Assembly (NCBI RefSeq): GCF_009914755.1
Contig: NC_060927.1
Source: the human T2T-CHM13v2.0 reference genome, Homo sapiens
DNA length: 64,000 nucleotides
Direction: 5' to 3' (one strand)
The position numbers and the translations under genes are program-made. Shown one piece after another: positions 25,960-44,642 of this stretch. Within the stretch, counting starts at the first letter, position 1. Every line of letters begins with the position of its first letter. Below the pieces are notes generated by a model, which saw nothing but the letters and a program-made list of their open reading frames with translations, was not told where the DNA came from and ran no database searches.

Positions 25960-26780
25960 CCGTCTCTGGGGGTGTGTGCAATCCGGCGCTGCGCTGTCAG
26001 CAGGGCAAGGGCTGGGGCCGGGGCCAAGACCACCAAGCCAGGCCCAGGCCCGCCCGCCTCCCGCGGCCGCCATGGCCAAGGCGTGAGCACGGGGCGGGGC
26101 GGGAGCTGCTATTTCTGTCTGGTGAGCGCAGCCCGCGCAGCTGGCGAGGGAGGGGGCGCCCGCGCCGCCATATTCCCTCCCGCCGGCCGGCTCCGCGGCG
26201 CGCAGCCACCATGAGCACCGCCGCCTTCCACATCTCCAGCCTCCTGGAGAAGATGACGTCCAGCGACAAGGACTTCAGGTGCAGCCCGCCGCCGGCCCCC
26301 TTCTCTCCTTCCCGCTCTGAAGCCGGGGGCCTTCTTCCCCTCTCGAAGCGCCAGCCCATCCCCCATGACCATGCAGCCCCCTGCCTCTTCTCTCTTCTCC
26401 CTGCATTAAGCTGCCCCCCTCCCCACAGGCCCACTCCTGCCTCGTGGTCCCCACTGGAGCTCCGGCCGTTCTCCCCTAGGGGCCGTCCTGCCCCTCCGCG
26501 ACTCCAGTCCCTGCTTCGTCTCCCACCGTGCAGGCTTCAGCCCTACCTCTCACCCCCGATCAGAGCCCCGGCTCCACCCCTCTGCACCCTGCCTCGGCCT
26601 CTCCTCCCTCGTGTGTGTCCGGCCCCCTTCTTCCCCCGCAGCTGATGCCCCAGCGCCCCCTCCCCCCCGCCCCCACCACCTTCAGCGAGCCCACAGTGAA
26701 GCCCTACGCCTCTCCCTGGGGACCCCAGCACCTGCCTCTCCTCCGCATTGAACCCGGACCCTTCCCGGGACCGCAACCCC
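25960..26780 (+). promoter_or_regulatory. CAND2 CpG-island promoter
   Basis: GC- and CpG-rich. GC box GGGGCGGGGC 26091-26100, E-box CAGCTG 26138-26143, YY1-type GCCGCCATATT 26164-26174. No TATA box seen. Confidence 0.85.
26211..26278 (+). CDS. CAND2: CAND2 exon 1 (coding part)
   Basis: Kozak GCCACCATGA; MSTAAFHISSLLEKMTSSDKDFR; donor CAG|GTGCAG. Confidence 0.95.
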
Positions 26781-29700
26781 CAGCTGACTTTCTCACTGGC
26801 ACCCTCAGTGATGCCTCCTTCTCAACATCACCCGGACCCCTCCCTCCCCGTCTCCCTCCCCTCCTGCGATTGTTCAGACCCAGCCTAAAGGAGGGGGCTG
26901 GGCTGAGTCTGGCTTTCCAGTCACAGGTAGGTGATGGTTGGGGTGGGACCTTCTAGGTTTTGTGTGCCACTCTCCTTCCCCACTCCCTTTTTCCTTCTTT
27001 CCCCCTCTCACAGCATCACAGAACCACAGGAATAGAGCTGAAAAGAACGGTGGAAACATCTGGTCCAATGAGTTTCCACCTGCATTCCCTGGGGAAACTG
27101 AGGCCCAGGGAGGAAAAGGGATTGGCCCGTGGTCTCATGGCCAGTTCTGGCCCCTCCAGCTGAAAGAAGACCTTGGAGACTCAATGAACATTTTTTCACT
27201 TTGTCCCCATTTTACAGATAGGGAAACTGAGTCTCAGAGACATGAAGGGCGTAGGTTCAGTCACAAAGCGAGGAAGTGGGAGACTTAGTCCAAATCCAGG
27301 CCAGTCTAATACAGAGGCCAAGATCTTAGTGAGGTCCTCTGATTCCAGCCCCCTGACAGGTGAGGAGACAGACCTGCTCTGGTGGTCTGACTCCTACTCT
27401 TCTCCCGCAGCCCATTCCTCAGTACCCCTCAAGAGCCCCCCCACATTAATAGAGCCTGGGATCCAAGGTCTTGGCTTCAGATCCCAGCTGCCGTCACTCA
27501 CTGGCCGTGTGACCATGGACAAGTAACTTAACCCCCATGAGTCTACCTGTGCTTCTGTTTCTATAAAATGGGGATAACAGAACCCATCTCTGAGGATTGG
27601 GTAAGGATGAAATAAGATAGTACATGTGAAATGCTCAGGTTCATGGCAGGCACTAGGTCGGTGCTTCATAAACGGACACTGTTATGATTCTGTGCACATC
27701 CAAAATCTGCCACGCCCTGTCCCCTCTCTAGACCTTCACTAGGGGGATTCTTTGCTCTCCCTTGACCTCCTCCCTTCATCTGACAGCTCCTATAACTCTT
27801 GACCCCAGGCAGGATTAGGTACCTCCTTTCAGCTGCCATCATGCCTCCCCTCATGTTTCTGCTAGATCACTTTTCAGCCCTGGGAGACCCTGAGCTCCTG
27901 GGCCACCGGGACTATGCACTTCCTCTTAGTGCCCCAACACCTGTGCTGAGTACACGGTAGGTGCTTAGTGAATGTTCGCTGGGTCCCAGGCTCCCTACTG
28001 TGCACCCCACGTGTAATCTCAGTCCACCCATGGGTGGTAGTGATTGTTCTTCCTGTTTTCCGGAGGCTTGGAGGAGTGCAGTGACTTGCCCAAGGTCACA
28101 GAGCTGGCTAGTGGCCTAGGGGATTTGCGCTAGTGTCTCTCAGGCCTCTGGTCCAGTCTCTGGGAGAGGGAGTTGGCCCTGCCAGCTACAGCCCGAGAAG
28201 CCCTTTCAGCCTGTCTCTGCCAGTGGCCTGGAGAACACTTAAAACCACCCCAAGCATGTGAGAATGGTGTCTATTTTTAAAGTCCGAATACCAGGGTGCT
28301 GGGTCCTGCAGACCAGCTGTCCAGGCGTCCGTGTGGCCAAGGGTTTCAGCTGAGTTGCCTCTAGGGTTTCTCTGTAATGAAACTGAGACTGTCCTCTGGT
28401 TCCTGGAGCGGGGCAGCGACTGCAAATGGGGGTCCCAGGTGGGGTGGAGGAGACCTTTGTTTCCTGTTCTTCCTGGGCCCTGGCTTTATGGGCAGGAGGT
28501 GCCCCATTACCACGGAGGCTCCAGCAGTCAAAACGAGTACCCTTGCAGGTCTTGCAGGAATTACCAAGTCATTTCTTGAAAACACAGTAGTATTATTGGT
28601 TGAAAAGCCAGGAGACCTGTGTGGTGGGCTGGTTTTCCGCCCAGTTTGCTGTTACCGTAGGCAGTTTGTGCAGCCTCCCTGAGCCTAGTTTTCTTACTAC
28701 CTCATGCTAAGAGCTAGATTGTCCTATTGAAACCTCCCAAGGATACTATGAGGTAGGGCAAAGAAAAGTTCCCATTTTATATATAGAAAATCTGAGGCCC
28801 AGAGAAAAGGAGGTAGTTGCCCAATGTCACCTAGTTGATAAATGGCAAGACTAGTAAGTATACTCACTTAAAGCCAAACTTTGGTGCTCAAGCTCTTATC
28901 CACCAAATTATATACTTTTCCTTCCCTCTCCCATCCCTACACACATACACGTATAAAACATGGCTTGCTTTCTCCGAGAGCTAGTGTCTGCAGGAACCAG
29001 GGGTGTCTGAAATGCTGAGGCATACTTCAGAAGAGTTGGTTTCTGAATTCGGACTATTTGGCTATAAGTTCTGTTAAGGGCTAGCTCTCTCACTACCTCT
29101 CCTCCTGCTCTCACCCTCCCTGACAAAGCCCTCTGCAGACCTGTTCTTTGTTGAGCCTGGAGTCCCAGAGATAAACCTGATGAGCCTCTGCCCTCAGTGA
29201 GTGTACAGTCCAATGGAGAAGATGCTCTGGTGGCCAGACTTGTATTGCAGTGTGAGAAGTGCTATAAAGGAGGGGTGCAGAGTGCTCTGAAAGGATCTTG
29301 TCCAGGGAACCATTGTGCTTAGGGGCTGTGGATGCAGGGGTAGGGCAGGGAGGTCAGTCATCCTTGAGCTGGGACATTTGAGCTGGGCTCTTGATGGGTG
29401 AATAGGAGCTCAACAGATGAAGAAGAAGAGCGGGGATAGAAGGCCTATCTTGGGCAAAGAGGCACATCGCCTGGGTTGCCAGGCTGAGCTGGGCCCCCAT
29501 GGACTGCAGCAGAAACACAACTTGGAGACCCTGGGTGCCATCTCAGAATGTCCCCTCAGCTGAGCAGACGTAGGGGTGCATGTGCTCACCTCAGGCCTTG
29601 GCCTGGCTCAAATCCAAACCTCCTCCTTCACTTTACCTTTGCCCAGAGGTGGGCACAGTCAGTCCTGCCATCCTGCCCATGCTGCCAGCCCAGCCTCCTT

Positions 29701-30078
29701 CTCTCTCCTAGCAACTTGTGGCTAATCTACCTGTTAAAAATAAATAGGTCATCGACCAGTCCACCCCTGGTAACAGGGCACTGTGGGCTGCGGTGACATC
29801 TAGGAGCAGGTCTGAGTCTGCACAGATGAGAGCCAGAATCCCAACTGTGATAGATTTTGCCACAGGAGGCGGGGGTCAGGGCTCTTGGTTGATTTGCTCA
29901 ACCATGCTGGAAAGCAGGGCCAGCGTGGGGTGGTAGAGTGGCCCAGCAGGGTCAGTAAAAGCTGGAGGCTTTCTCCGAGGCAGCCTTACAGTATCTCCTC
30001 GCTGCTCTGTCCTGTTTTCTCCTGAGACTCCGCTCTCACATGCCTGCAGGAGCCAGTCAGTGGGTGAAGTGGGCCTAG

Positions 30079-31989
<1,911 letters not shown>

Positions 31990-32182
31990 CTAAGGCTTGG
32001 AGAGGTGAAATGACTTGCCCAAGTTCACACTCATAAATGGCTGAGGCGGGGGCCACCGATCCTGAAACATTATGCATTTAGCCAGCATGCTGAGCCGTTG
32101 CTAGTCTGCCACTATGTGGCAGTTGGTGTCACACATATGTGGGTCTCCTTGTAGCCCAACCATGCCCACTGCCCAAATAATC

Positions 32183-32862
<680 letters not shown>

Positions 32863-32975
32863 TTTGACCTCGAATCTTTGTATTAAGGTCTACTTCTAGG
32901 GGAACCCTGAGGTACTGCCCAAATCCACCAGGGCCCAGGAGCTGCTCAGCAATCTCCTCCACCCTCCCTGTGCAG

Positions 32976-33119
32976 GTTCATGGCCACCAGCGACCTGATG
33001 TCGGAGTTGCAGAAGGACTCCATCCAGCTGGACGAGGACAGCGAGCGCAAGGTGGTGAAGATGCTGCTCCGGCTCCTGGAGGACAAGAACGGTGAGGTGC
33101 AGAACCTGGCTGTCAAGTG
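32976..33119 (+). CDS. CAND2: CAND2 exon 2
   Basis: Acceptor tgtgcag|G; [47 protein letters not shown]; donor TG|GTGAGT; 144 nt. Not in the ORF track. Confidence 0.96.
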
Positions 33120-33532
33120 GTGAGTGTCAGCCTCGGTGGAGCAGGAGAGGGGGCCCTACCTTGTGTGGGAGCATCCTGGGGACCGCTGTCCCTTTGGGGT
33201 ACAGCCTCGCAGAGGAGACCTGCTGAGCAGCTCTCGTTGAATGGTACCTTAGTCTGAGTTTTCCCAGAAGATGCTGAGACAAGGATTCAAATCTAAATTT
33301 ATTTGGGAGGCGCTCCCAGGAAACATGGTAGAGGAGTGGGGAAGTGAGGCAGGAAAGGGAAGAGGACCAATCAAGGGTATGGTACGAAGCAAGTGACCAC
33401 AGTGGGCCTGATGAGCTTAACCCCATGGGGACCTCTGGGACACAGTATAGGACATGTCCCTTGGACTTTTCCCACTCAAAGGGTAAGGGAGCTGGGGTAT
33501 TAATCCACCAGCTCCCTGGTAGTCATTGGTTA

Positions 33533-36550
<3,018 letters not shown>

Positions 36551-36793
36551 GGAGCACTATTTGGCCATTTCCTGAGACGTAAAACACAAGAAGAAATGTA
36601 GGTTTGGGAGGTCCCAGGAACGATGTTGGCATAGCCAGAGAGTATCTCTTTCTGGCCAAACAGGGGCTCCCCTGATGATCTGAGGCCTTTTCCTCAGCAC
36701 GTGTGGCCGCAGGAGCATGAGGGGACATAAAGGGGCAGCCTGACTCAGGCTGAACCTTGTGCCCTTGGATTCACCTTCCCACTCCCTGCTCAG

Positions 36794-36948
36794 CCTGGGT
36801 CCTCTGGTGGCCAAAGTGAAGGAGTACCAGGTGGAGACCATTGTGGACACCCTGTGCACCAACATGCGGTCAGACAAGGAGCAGCTGCGAGACATTGCCG
36901 GCATTGGCCTCAAGACCGTCCTCTCGGAGCTCCCTCCTGCAGCCACAG
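36794..36948 (+). CDS. CAND2: CAND2 exon 3
   Basis: ctcag|C; [51 protein letters not shown]; donor G|GTACCC; 155 nt. Confidence 0.95.
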
Positions 36949-37696
36949 GTACCCAGGTCCCCAGGACTAGGTACTGTTAGTATTTGTCCTAGTTTATGGT
37001 AAAAAACAAACGAAAAAACAAAAAAAAAACACTGAGGCTCAGAGAGTTGAAGAGACATACCTGAGGTCACTCAGCTAGTAAGCAGGGCAGAGAATTCAGG
37101 CCCAGCTCAGTTTAAGTTCATGGTTCTGTGTCAGGAATGCTTTTAGCTCAAGTGATGAAATCTAACTAACGGCAGTTTAAAGAAATCAGGGGTGGTTTTT
37201 CCTCACATGGCAATCCTGGAGGAATCAGCCACTCCATTTTTGTAGCAGTTCATTTAGTGGCTCAATGTTGACAGGGTTCCAGTCTTGCCCCATGTCCCCT
37301 CCCTTTATAGGGAAAGCACACGTTTTCCCAGAAACCCCCAGAGGACTTCCACTTATATCTCACTGGCAAGAGCTGGATCACCCAGCCACTCCCAGCAGCA
37401 AGGGAGGCAGGAAAGGAAGTGTTTAACTTTCCCTGCCTCCCTAGTGGAATGGGGAAAGGAAGAAGGGCTTGGGTGTGTGTAAGTCACCCAGAAGCTCGGC
37501 CATCAGCTCTGCAGCTCCCCTAGCTGTCTCCTTGACTTTGGCCAGACTCTGGGTCAAACCTGGGACCTCTGGAGCCCTGGTAAGATTCCCGGGGATGTGG
37601 GCTCAGGAACACAGCCAGAGCAGAGGCAGACTAGTGGTGGAGGCTGCCTTTCCCCCAGGCCAGGGCCTCACTGTGCCCACCTTGTGCCCTGTGCAG

Positions 37697-37820
37697 GCTC
37701 CGGGCTGGCCACCAACGTGTGCCGGAAGATCACAGGCCAGCTCACCAGTGCCATTGCCCAGCAGGAGGATGTGGCTGTGCAGCTGGAAGCCCTGGACATC
37801 CTCTCTGACATGCTGAGCAG
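37697..37820 (+). CDS. CAND2: CAND2 exon 4
   Basis: gtgcag|GC; [41 protein letters not shown]; donor AG|GTGTGG; 124 nt. Confidence 0.95.
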
Positions 37821-39469
37821 GTGTGGGAGGCCATCCTGGGTATTGAGGAAGAGTGGGTAAAAGGGGACAGGGAGGGACTCAAATCACAGAGCTAGCACCT
37901 ACTGCACACCAGGCCCTGTGCTTGGGGCTCCTTAATCATCCCAGCAGCCTCGTAAAGGAGAACTCAATTGTCACAATTTTACAGGCTCTGAGAGATGATG
38001 CGGTCAGTAAAACCTCCCATGACTTGAACACCTGCTCTGGCCAGAAAAATGTCAGGTGCTGGCCTAGTGTTGGGAACATGGGGTTAGATCAGTCTTGGTT
38101 GTTCTAGGGAGGAGTTCACAGACATGTATAAAACTGTGAATGGAGTAAGCACAACAGTAAGGATAAGAGCAGGGCTGATAGGAGCTCAGAGGAGCCCCCA
38201 GTCCAGCTGGGAGTGAGGAGCCTTCTAAAAGAGAGTGCTGCTAGAGCTGAGCCTTCGAGGAGGGGCAGGACTTAGCTGAGTTTGGGCAGGTATAAAGAGG
38301 ATGCTGGAGGGGAGACTGTCCCCAGTCCAGAAGGCAGAGACAGGGGAAGACTTGGGGTCCCAGAGTCTGCCAGGGGTCGTGGGGCAGGCTGTAATGTGGA
38401 GAGGTGGGTATGCAGAGCTGAGGTGCAGGGCTGGCCAGGAGCCATGGGGCAGGGGTGAGTATTTGTGTGTTCTACCCTGATCTTTCTCTCTGCAGTGGAG
38501 AGTAGGTGGGAGGGGATTGAACAGGCAGGGGACTGGTTAAGAGGCTGCTATAGGGAAAGCAATTCGGGTTGTATTCAGGAGGGGGACTCCACAGGACTTG
38601 GAGTGGGCAGGGGAGGCAGGGACTGGAGGCTGACCCCTAGGGTTCTGCCTTTAGTAACTGGCGGGGGCAGACAGAGGTGCTGTGATGGGGTGCACTCCGG
38701 GAGCCAGCAGCAGGTGTGTGGGGAGGAAGGTGATGGATTCAAGCTGGGGCATGTTGAACTTGAGGCTCCTGGGAGGCACTCACTCAACCACACACTCCAT
38801 GAGGGCAGCTCCCAGGATCAGTCTGTCTTGTTCACCCTGGCTTCCAGCACAGTCCCTGTCACTTAGCAGGTGAACAGGCAAACAAATGAAACCTAGGAGA
38901 GGGGGTTGGGTAGGACATAGAAATAAGGGAGGGTAAGGTCAGCGTGTTTCCGTAAAGTGAGAAAGAAAAGGTCTCAAGATGTTTACAGGACAGAAAATGC
39001 ACGGGCCTCGTTTGAAGGTGTGGATAGAAGCTGCTGAGGCAGGCAGGAGCTGTGCTGTGTGCGCAGAAACCATTGTCTGGTGTTGCCTCTTGTCTTGAGC
39101 CCAGAGCTCAGCATCTCCAAAGGCACTAGGGAGCCATGGAAGGAGTTAAGCAGAGGAGTGACCAGGTGAGAAGTAGACTTTATACTGCTCTGGTCTCAGC
39201 GAGGAGGATGGACAGAAGGGGATGGTATTGAGGCAAGGCCTAGACTTCCAAGAAATAGGGACAGCCTTACTAGATCCTCTATGCTTTCCCCTATCAGGTC
39301 TTTCTCCCTAGGCTGGGAGCCAGGCTTTGCACTGCTGAGAAGTCCCTTTCTCTCTCCGCTTTCTCTCATGTAACAAAAGTAATTAAAATAATTCCTCCTC
39401 ACAGTTGCAGGGCACCTCTTTTGCAAGGGCCATTGAGTTGCCATAATCCTGGGAAGGAGGCCGGGAGAG

Positions 39470-40080
39470 AATGGGGAGAGGGGCGGAGCCTGGCCCAGGT
39501 TGCCCGCGGAGTGCGATCGGCCTGATGCCCCCTCGTGCTCCCCAGGCTGGGTGTCCCGCTGGGCGCCTTCCACGCCAGCCTCCTGCACTGTCTGCTGCCA
39601 CAGCTGAGCAGCCCGCGCCTGGCGGTGCGCAAGCGGGCGGTCGGAGCGCTTGGCCACCTGGCGGCCGCCTGCAGCACCGACCTCTTCGTCGAGCTCGCTG
39701 ACCACCTACTGGACCGGCTGCCCGGCCCGCGGGTGCCCACCAGCCCGACTGCCATCCGCACCCTGATCCAATGTTTGGGCAGCGTCGGCCGCCAGGCCGG
39801 CCACCGCCTCGGTAAGGGGGCAGGGGGCGGGGCCTGGGCTGGCATGGTGGGCGGAGCTTAGGGTGAGCCAATGACTCGGTAAAGGGGCGGAGCTTGGGCC
39901 GCAGTGCCGCCAGGGCCTAAGGGTGGGCCGTCTGCCTTGGTAGGGAGGATGGGGCGGGGCCTGGGCTGATGTGGTGGGTGGGGCCTGGGGCGGGCGGCTG
40001 AAGCCCCTGAAACGCAGAGGTTGGGGCCGGATAGGGCTTGAGAGGCGCAGGGCGGGCCCTGAGCTCGACAAACCCCCAGG
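39470..40080. promoter_or_regulatory. Intragenic CpG/GC-box island over exon 5 and the start of intron 5
   Basis: CpG-rich exon; GC boxes at about 39480, 39824, 39849, 39884, 39951 and 39987; CCAAT at 39868. Confidence 0.6.
39546..39811 (+). CDS. CAND2: CAND2 exon 5
   Basis: cccag|G; [20 protein letters not shown]...[11 protein letters not shown]; donor G|GTAAGG; 266 nt. Confidence 0.95.
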
Positions 40081-41058
40081 CCTGAGCCCCTGCTGAGTGC
40101 AGACGGTTCAGAGAAGGGGGTTGGTTCAATCACTTATGAGACGTGGAGGCTGGCTGGTAATTACAATTTTAAGTCATGCCACTAAACTGTTAGACTATGT
40201 TCTCTTCTCCCAGTTTGACAAAGATATCTTAGTAACAGCCCATGAGCCAAGTTTGAATTTTTAAGAAACAATTTAATGTGCATACAATAAACCGCACTAT
40301 TTAAAGTGTGCAATTCAGTGTGTTTTGACCTTTGTGTATATCCGTGAAACCTTTCCATCACCCCCAAAAGCTTCCTTGTGTCCGTTTGCAGTCCAGCTCT
40401 CTGCCTTGTCCAGGAAGCCACTGATCTGCTTTCTGTCACTATAGATTAGTTTTTTAGAAATGGAAAGCTGCAATCAGGTTTGAATGTATCCTCAGACACC
40501 TTGGAGTTCTGACTATACCAAGACAGTTTGGATAGAACTGGCATATGGTCAGCCCCTCCCAACCCCTGGCTCTCTCACTGCAAGGGGCCTTGCAGGCACA
40601 CGGCGGGGGGTGGGGGGGGGGGAACCCCAGCTGACATGGCCACACCCTGTCCCATTTCTCCCAAACAGCAGCCAGCCCTCAGCCATCCTTGGTTGCATGG
40701 ACCTAGGAAAGAGGCCTGCGCAGGCTCGGACAAGGGGTCAGGATCCATTGGGCAGGAAACTCGGGTCCCCAGATACCCAGACAGAATGGAGTCTAGGAGT
40801 GTTGGGGGTCTCTAGGTCAGCATGTCTCTTCTTATGCTGTAGGGAAGGGTATGGCTGGAGAAGGGCTTGAGTGGAGTGCTCTAAAGCCTGGAGACCAGGC
40901 AGGAACCCCTCTTGCCTGGTCTATTAGGGCAGTACCTGCCTCCCTTTCTCCTATCCAAGGACTTAAACCTAGTGAAGGAAATTAGGCCAGGACATGAATA
41001 ATGGTTTTGATAACAGATGCTATTTATTGAGTGCCTGCTCGTGTAGAACCTGGACTAA

Positions 41059-42195
<1,137 letters not shown>

Positions 42196-42491
42196 TAAGC
42201 TATTTATCATTATATAATTTATCTTCACAAAATCTCTGCCCAGGAGGCACTGTTATCCTTGTTGTGAAGATTAGCTGACTAAGGTCAAAGAAATGTTGTG
42301 ACCTGCCCAAGGTCCCATAGCAGTTGGGTGGCAGAGTCAGGGCTAGAACCCACATTTGCTTGACTATGAAACCTCTGAGTTGAATCTACAGTGGTCAGGG
42401 CTGCAGGTGCATAGACAGTCTGAGTGCTGTGGGCTGGGGGAACTCCGGGAGAGTGTCTGGCTTGGGTTCAGTGATCCACCTGGCCCTGCAG

Positions 42492-42597
42492 GGGCTCACC
42501 TGGACCGCCTGGTGCCCCTGGTGGAGGATTTCTGCAACCTGGATGATGATGAGCTCCGGGAGTCCTGCCTCCAGGCTTTTGAGGCCTTCTTGAGGAA
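42492..42597 (+). CDS. CAND2: CAND2 exon 6
   Basis: ctgcag|GG; [35 protein letters not shown]; donor AA|GTATGT; 106 nt. Confidence 0.94.
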
Positions 42598-42747
42598 GTA
42601 TGTATGGTGGGGTTGCCTGGGGATCCCTCTGGGAAGTTGGTGGGGATGCTGGCCCAAAGCAGTAAAATTTCAGGACTCCCATTGGGCCCTGTCCCCCACT
42701 CCTGTCCTGGCTGGATCCAGCAAAGCATTCCTCATCCTGCCCCACAG

Positions 42748-42890
42748 GTGCCCCAAGGAAATGGGTCCTCACGTGCCCAACGTGACCAGCCTCTGCCTCC
42801 AATACATAAAACACGACCCCAACTACAACTACGACAGTGATGAGGATGAGGAGCAGATGGAGACAGAGGATAGTGAATTCAGTGAGCAAG
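42748..42890 (+). CDS. CAND2: CAND2 exon 7
   Basis: cccacag|G; [47 protein letters not shown] (start of acidic loop); donor G|GTTGGT; 143 nt. Confidence 0.94.
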
Positions 42891-44642
42891 GTTGGTGGAC
42901 AGCCCATCATTGGGGTTGGAGGGTGGAGGTGAACACAGCCTTCCTGGGATCCCCCAACCAAAGACAGCGGTCACATTTGGTGCCCCTGTCCTGATGCCAG
43001 CTCTTTCTCAAGCTCCAGTCCCACCCGCTGTGACTGCACAGACCACAGTAATGATAGTAGTCATTGCTGTCATTTATTGAGCATCTACTAGTTGTGTTCC
43101 TCACAATAACCCTAAAAAAACAGAAATTATTACCCACGTGTTTCAGACAAGGACACATACTGAGAAGAGAGTGGCCTGAGATAACACAACTAGGAATTGG
43201 CATAGCTGGGCCTTAGAGCCAGGTCTGTCAGGCTCCCCCACCTCTGCACTGCCACCGTGTACCCTTTTATGAATGGCTTTCAGGAGATAATGTCTTTAAC
43301 CCAGCAGAGGAAAGCTCTGATGGTGGAATGGCAGGCACTGGCAGGGGAGCAAGATGTCTCAATGGGGGTGGACTTGATAGCTTCTTTCCTCCTATGCCTG
43401 TGGTCCTGTCTGTCATTCAGACAGATTTCCAGGGCAGAGATGCCCCTAGGCCTGAAGGCAGGGCATCGATGGAGACGATGGATTTAGAGCCTGATGGGGT
43501 ACTTGGAACAAGATGGGATGGTAAATGAGATTGGACAGGCATGCGGGGGCCTTGAATGCCAAGCCAGGGAGGTGGGACACTTGTCAGTAATAGAGAGCTA
43601 AGGATGTGTGTTCGTGGGTGGCCTACTGTGGGGGTGACAGTGATCCATTAGAGGGGATGGCTGCTGAGCTGCCCGGTGGCCGTGGCCCACTGTGGTTGTC
43701 CAGACACCACCCTGTGGGTCCAAGTGGTCCACAGAGTGGTATGGGCAAGGCCATGCTGGGCTCTGAGCCTGTGCCTTGGGGTGCTCCCAGGCAAGACTGT
43801 CCCCCTCTGAGCCTCCTGTGTGCCTCCACAGGTGATAGGGCTGGGCCTCGTGGACCTGAATCTCAGCTCTGCTGTTCCTCGCTGTGTGCCCTGAGAGTCT
43901 CACCCGCTCTGAGTCTTAGTCTTATCGTCTGTAAAATGGAGCTTGGCAGTACCTTCACTTTTGAGGTGATGGTAAAGACTGCACGAGCCCTTGACTTTCA
44001 GGGAGATTGTCAGGTAGAAAGCCACACAAACCCAGCATTTCCTCTTTATTAATCCTGCCTGGAAGCCTTTGGAATCAGGACCCTTGAGAGGCAGAGATCG
44101 GGGGAGAGAAGAGGCCAAAGGGAGGCTCTGTCCCTTCTCCCTTCTGCAGTCCCAGTAAACGAAACATCACATAGCCAAACCTGATGCCAAAAGATGAGTT
44201 TTGTGCCCCAAATTGATTCTCCAAGTCTACATGAAGACTTGGAAGTCTGTTTTTTCCCTGGTACAGTCCAGACAATTAAGGGTCTGGAGGCAGAGGGGAG
44301 GACCCTAGTTTAACTCCAAGTATTTCCTTAACTTGGGGCAAGCCACTTCCTCTATCTAAACCCCAGTTTTCTCATCTCTATAATGGGGAAATAATCCCTG
44401 TCTCAAAAGGTCGTCATGAAGCTAAAATAAGATTATGGGTTTGACATGCTTAGCCCCATCCGTAGCACTCAGTAGATGCCCATTAAAAGGTAGGGAATGT
44501 TCCCCATAGGGTATCTATAAATGCTGATCATCAAAAAGTGAAGCACAGTGCCCAGCTCTCTCTCCTCCCTGTCCCTTCTCCCCCGAGCCACAGACCTGTC
44601 CTGGGAGATGAGGGTTCCACGTGTGTCTTGTTCCTGCCCCAG

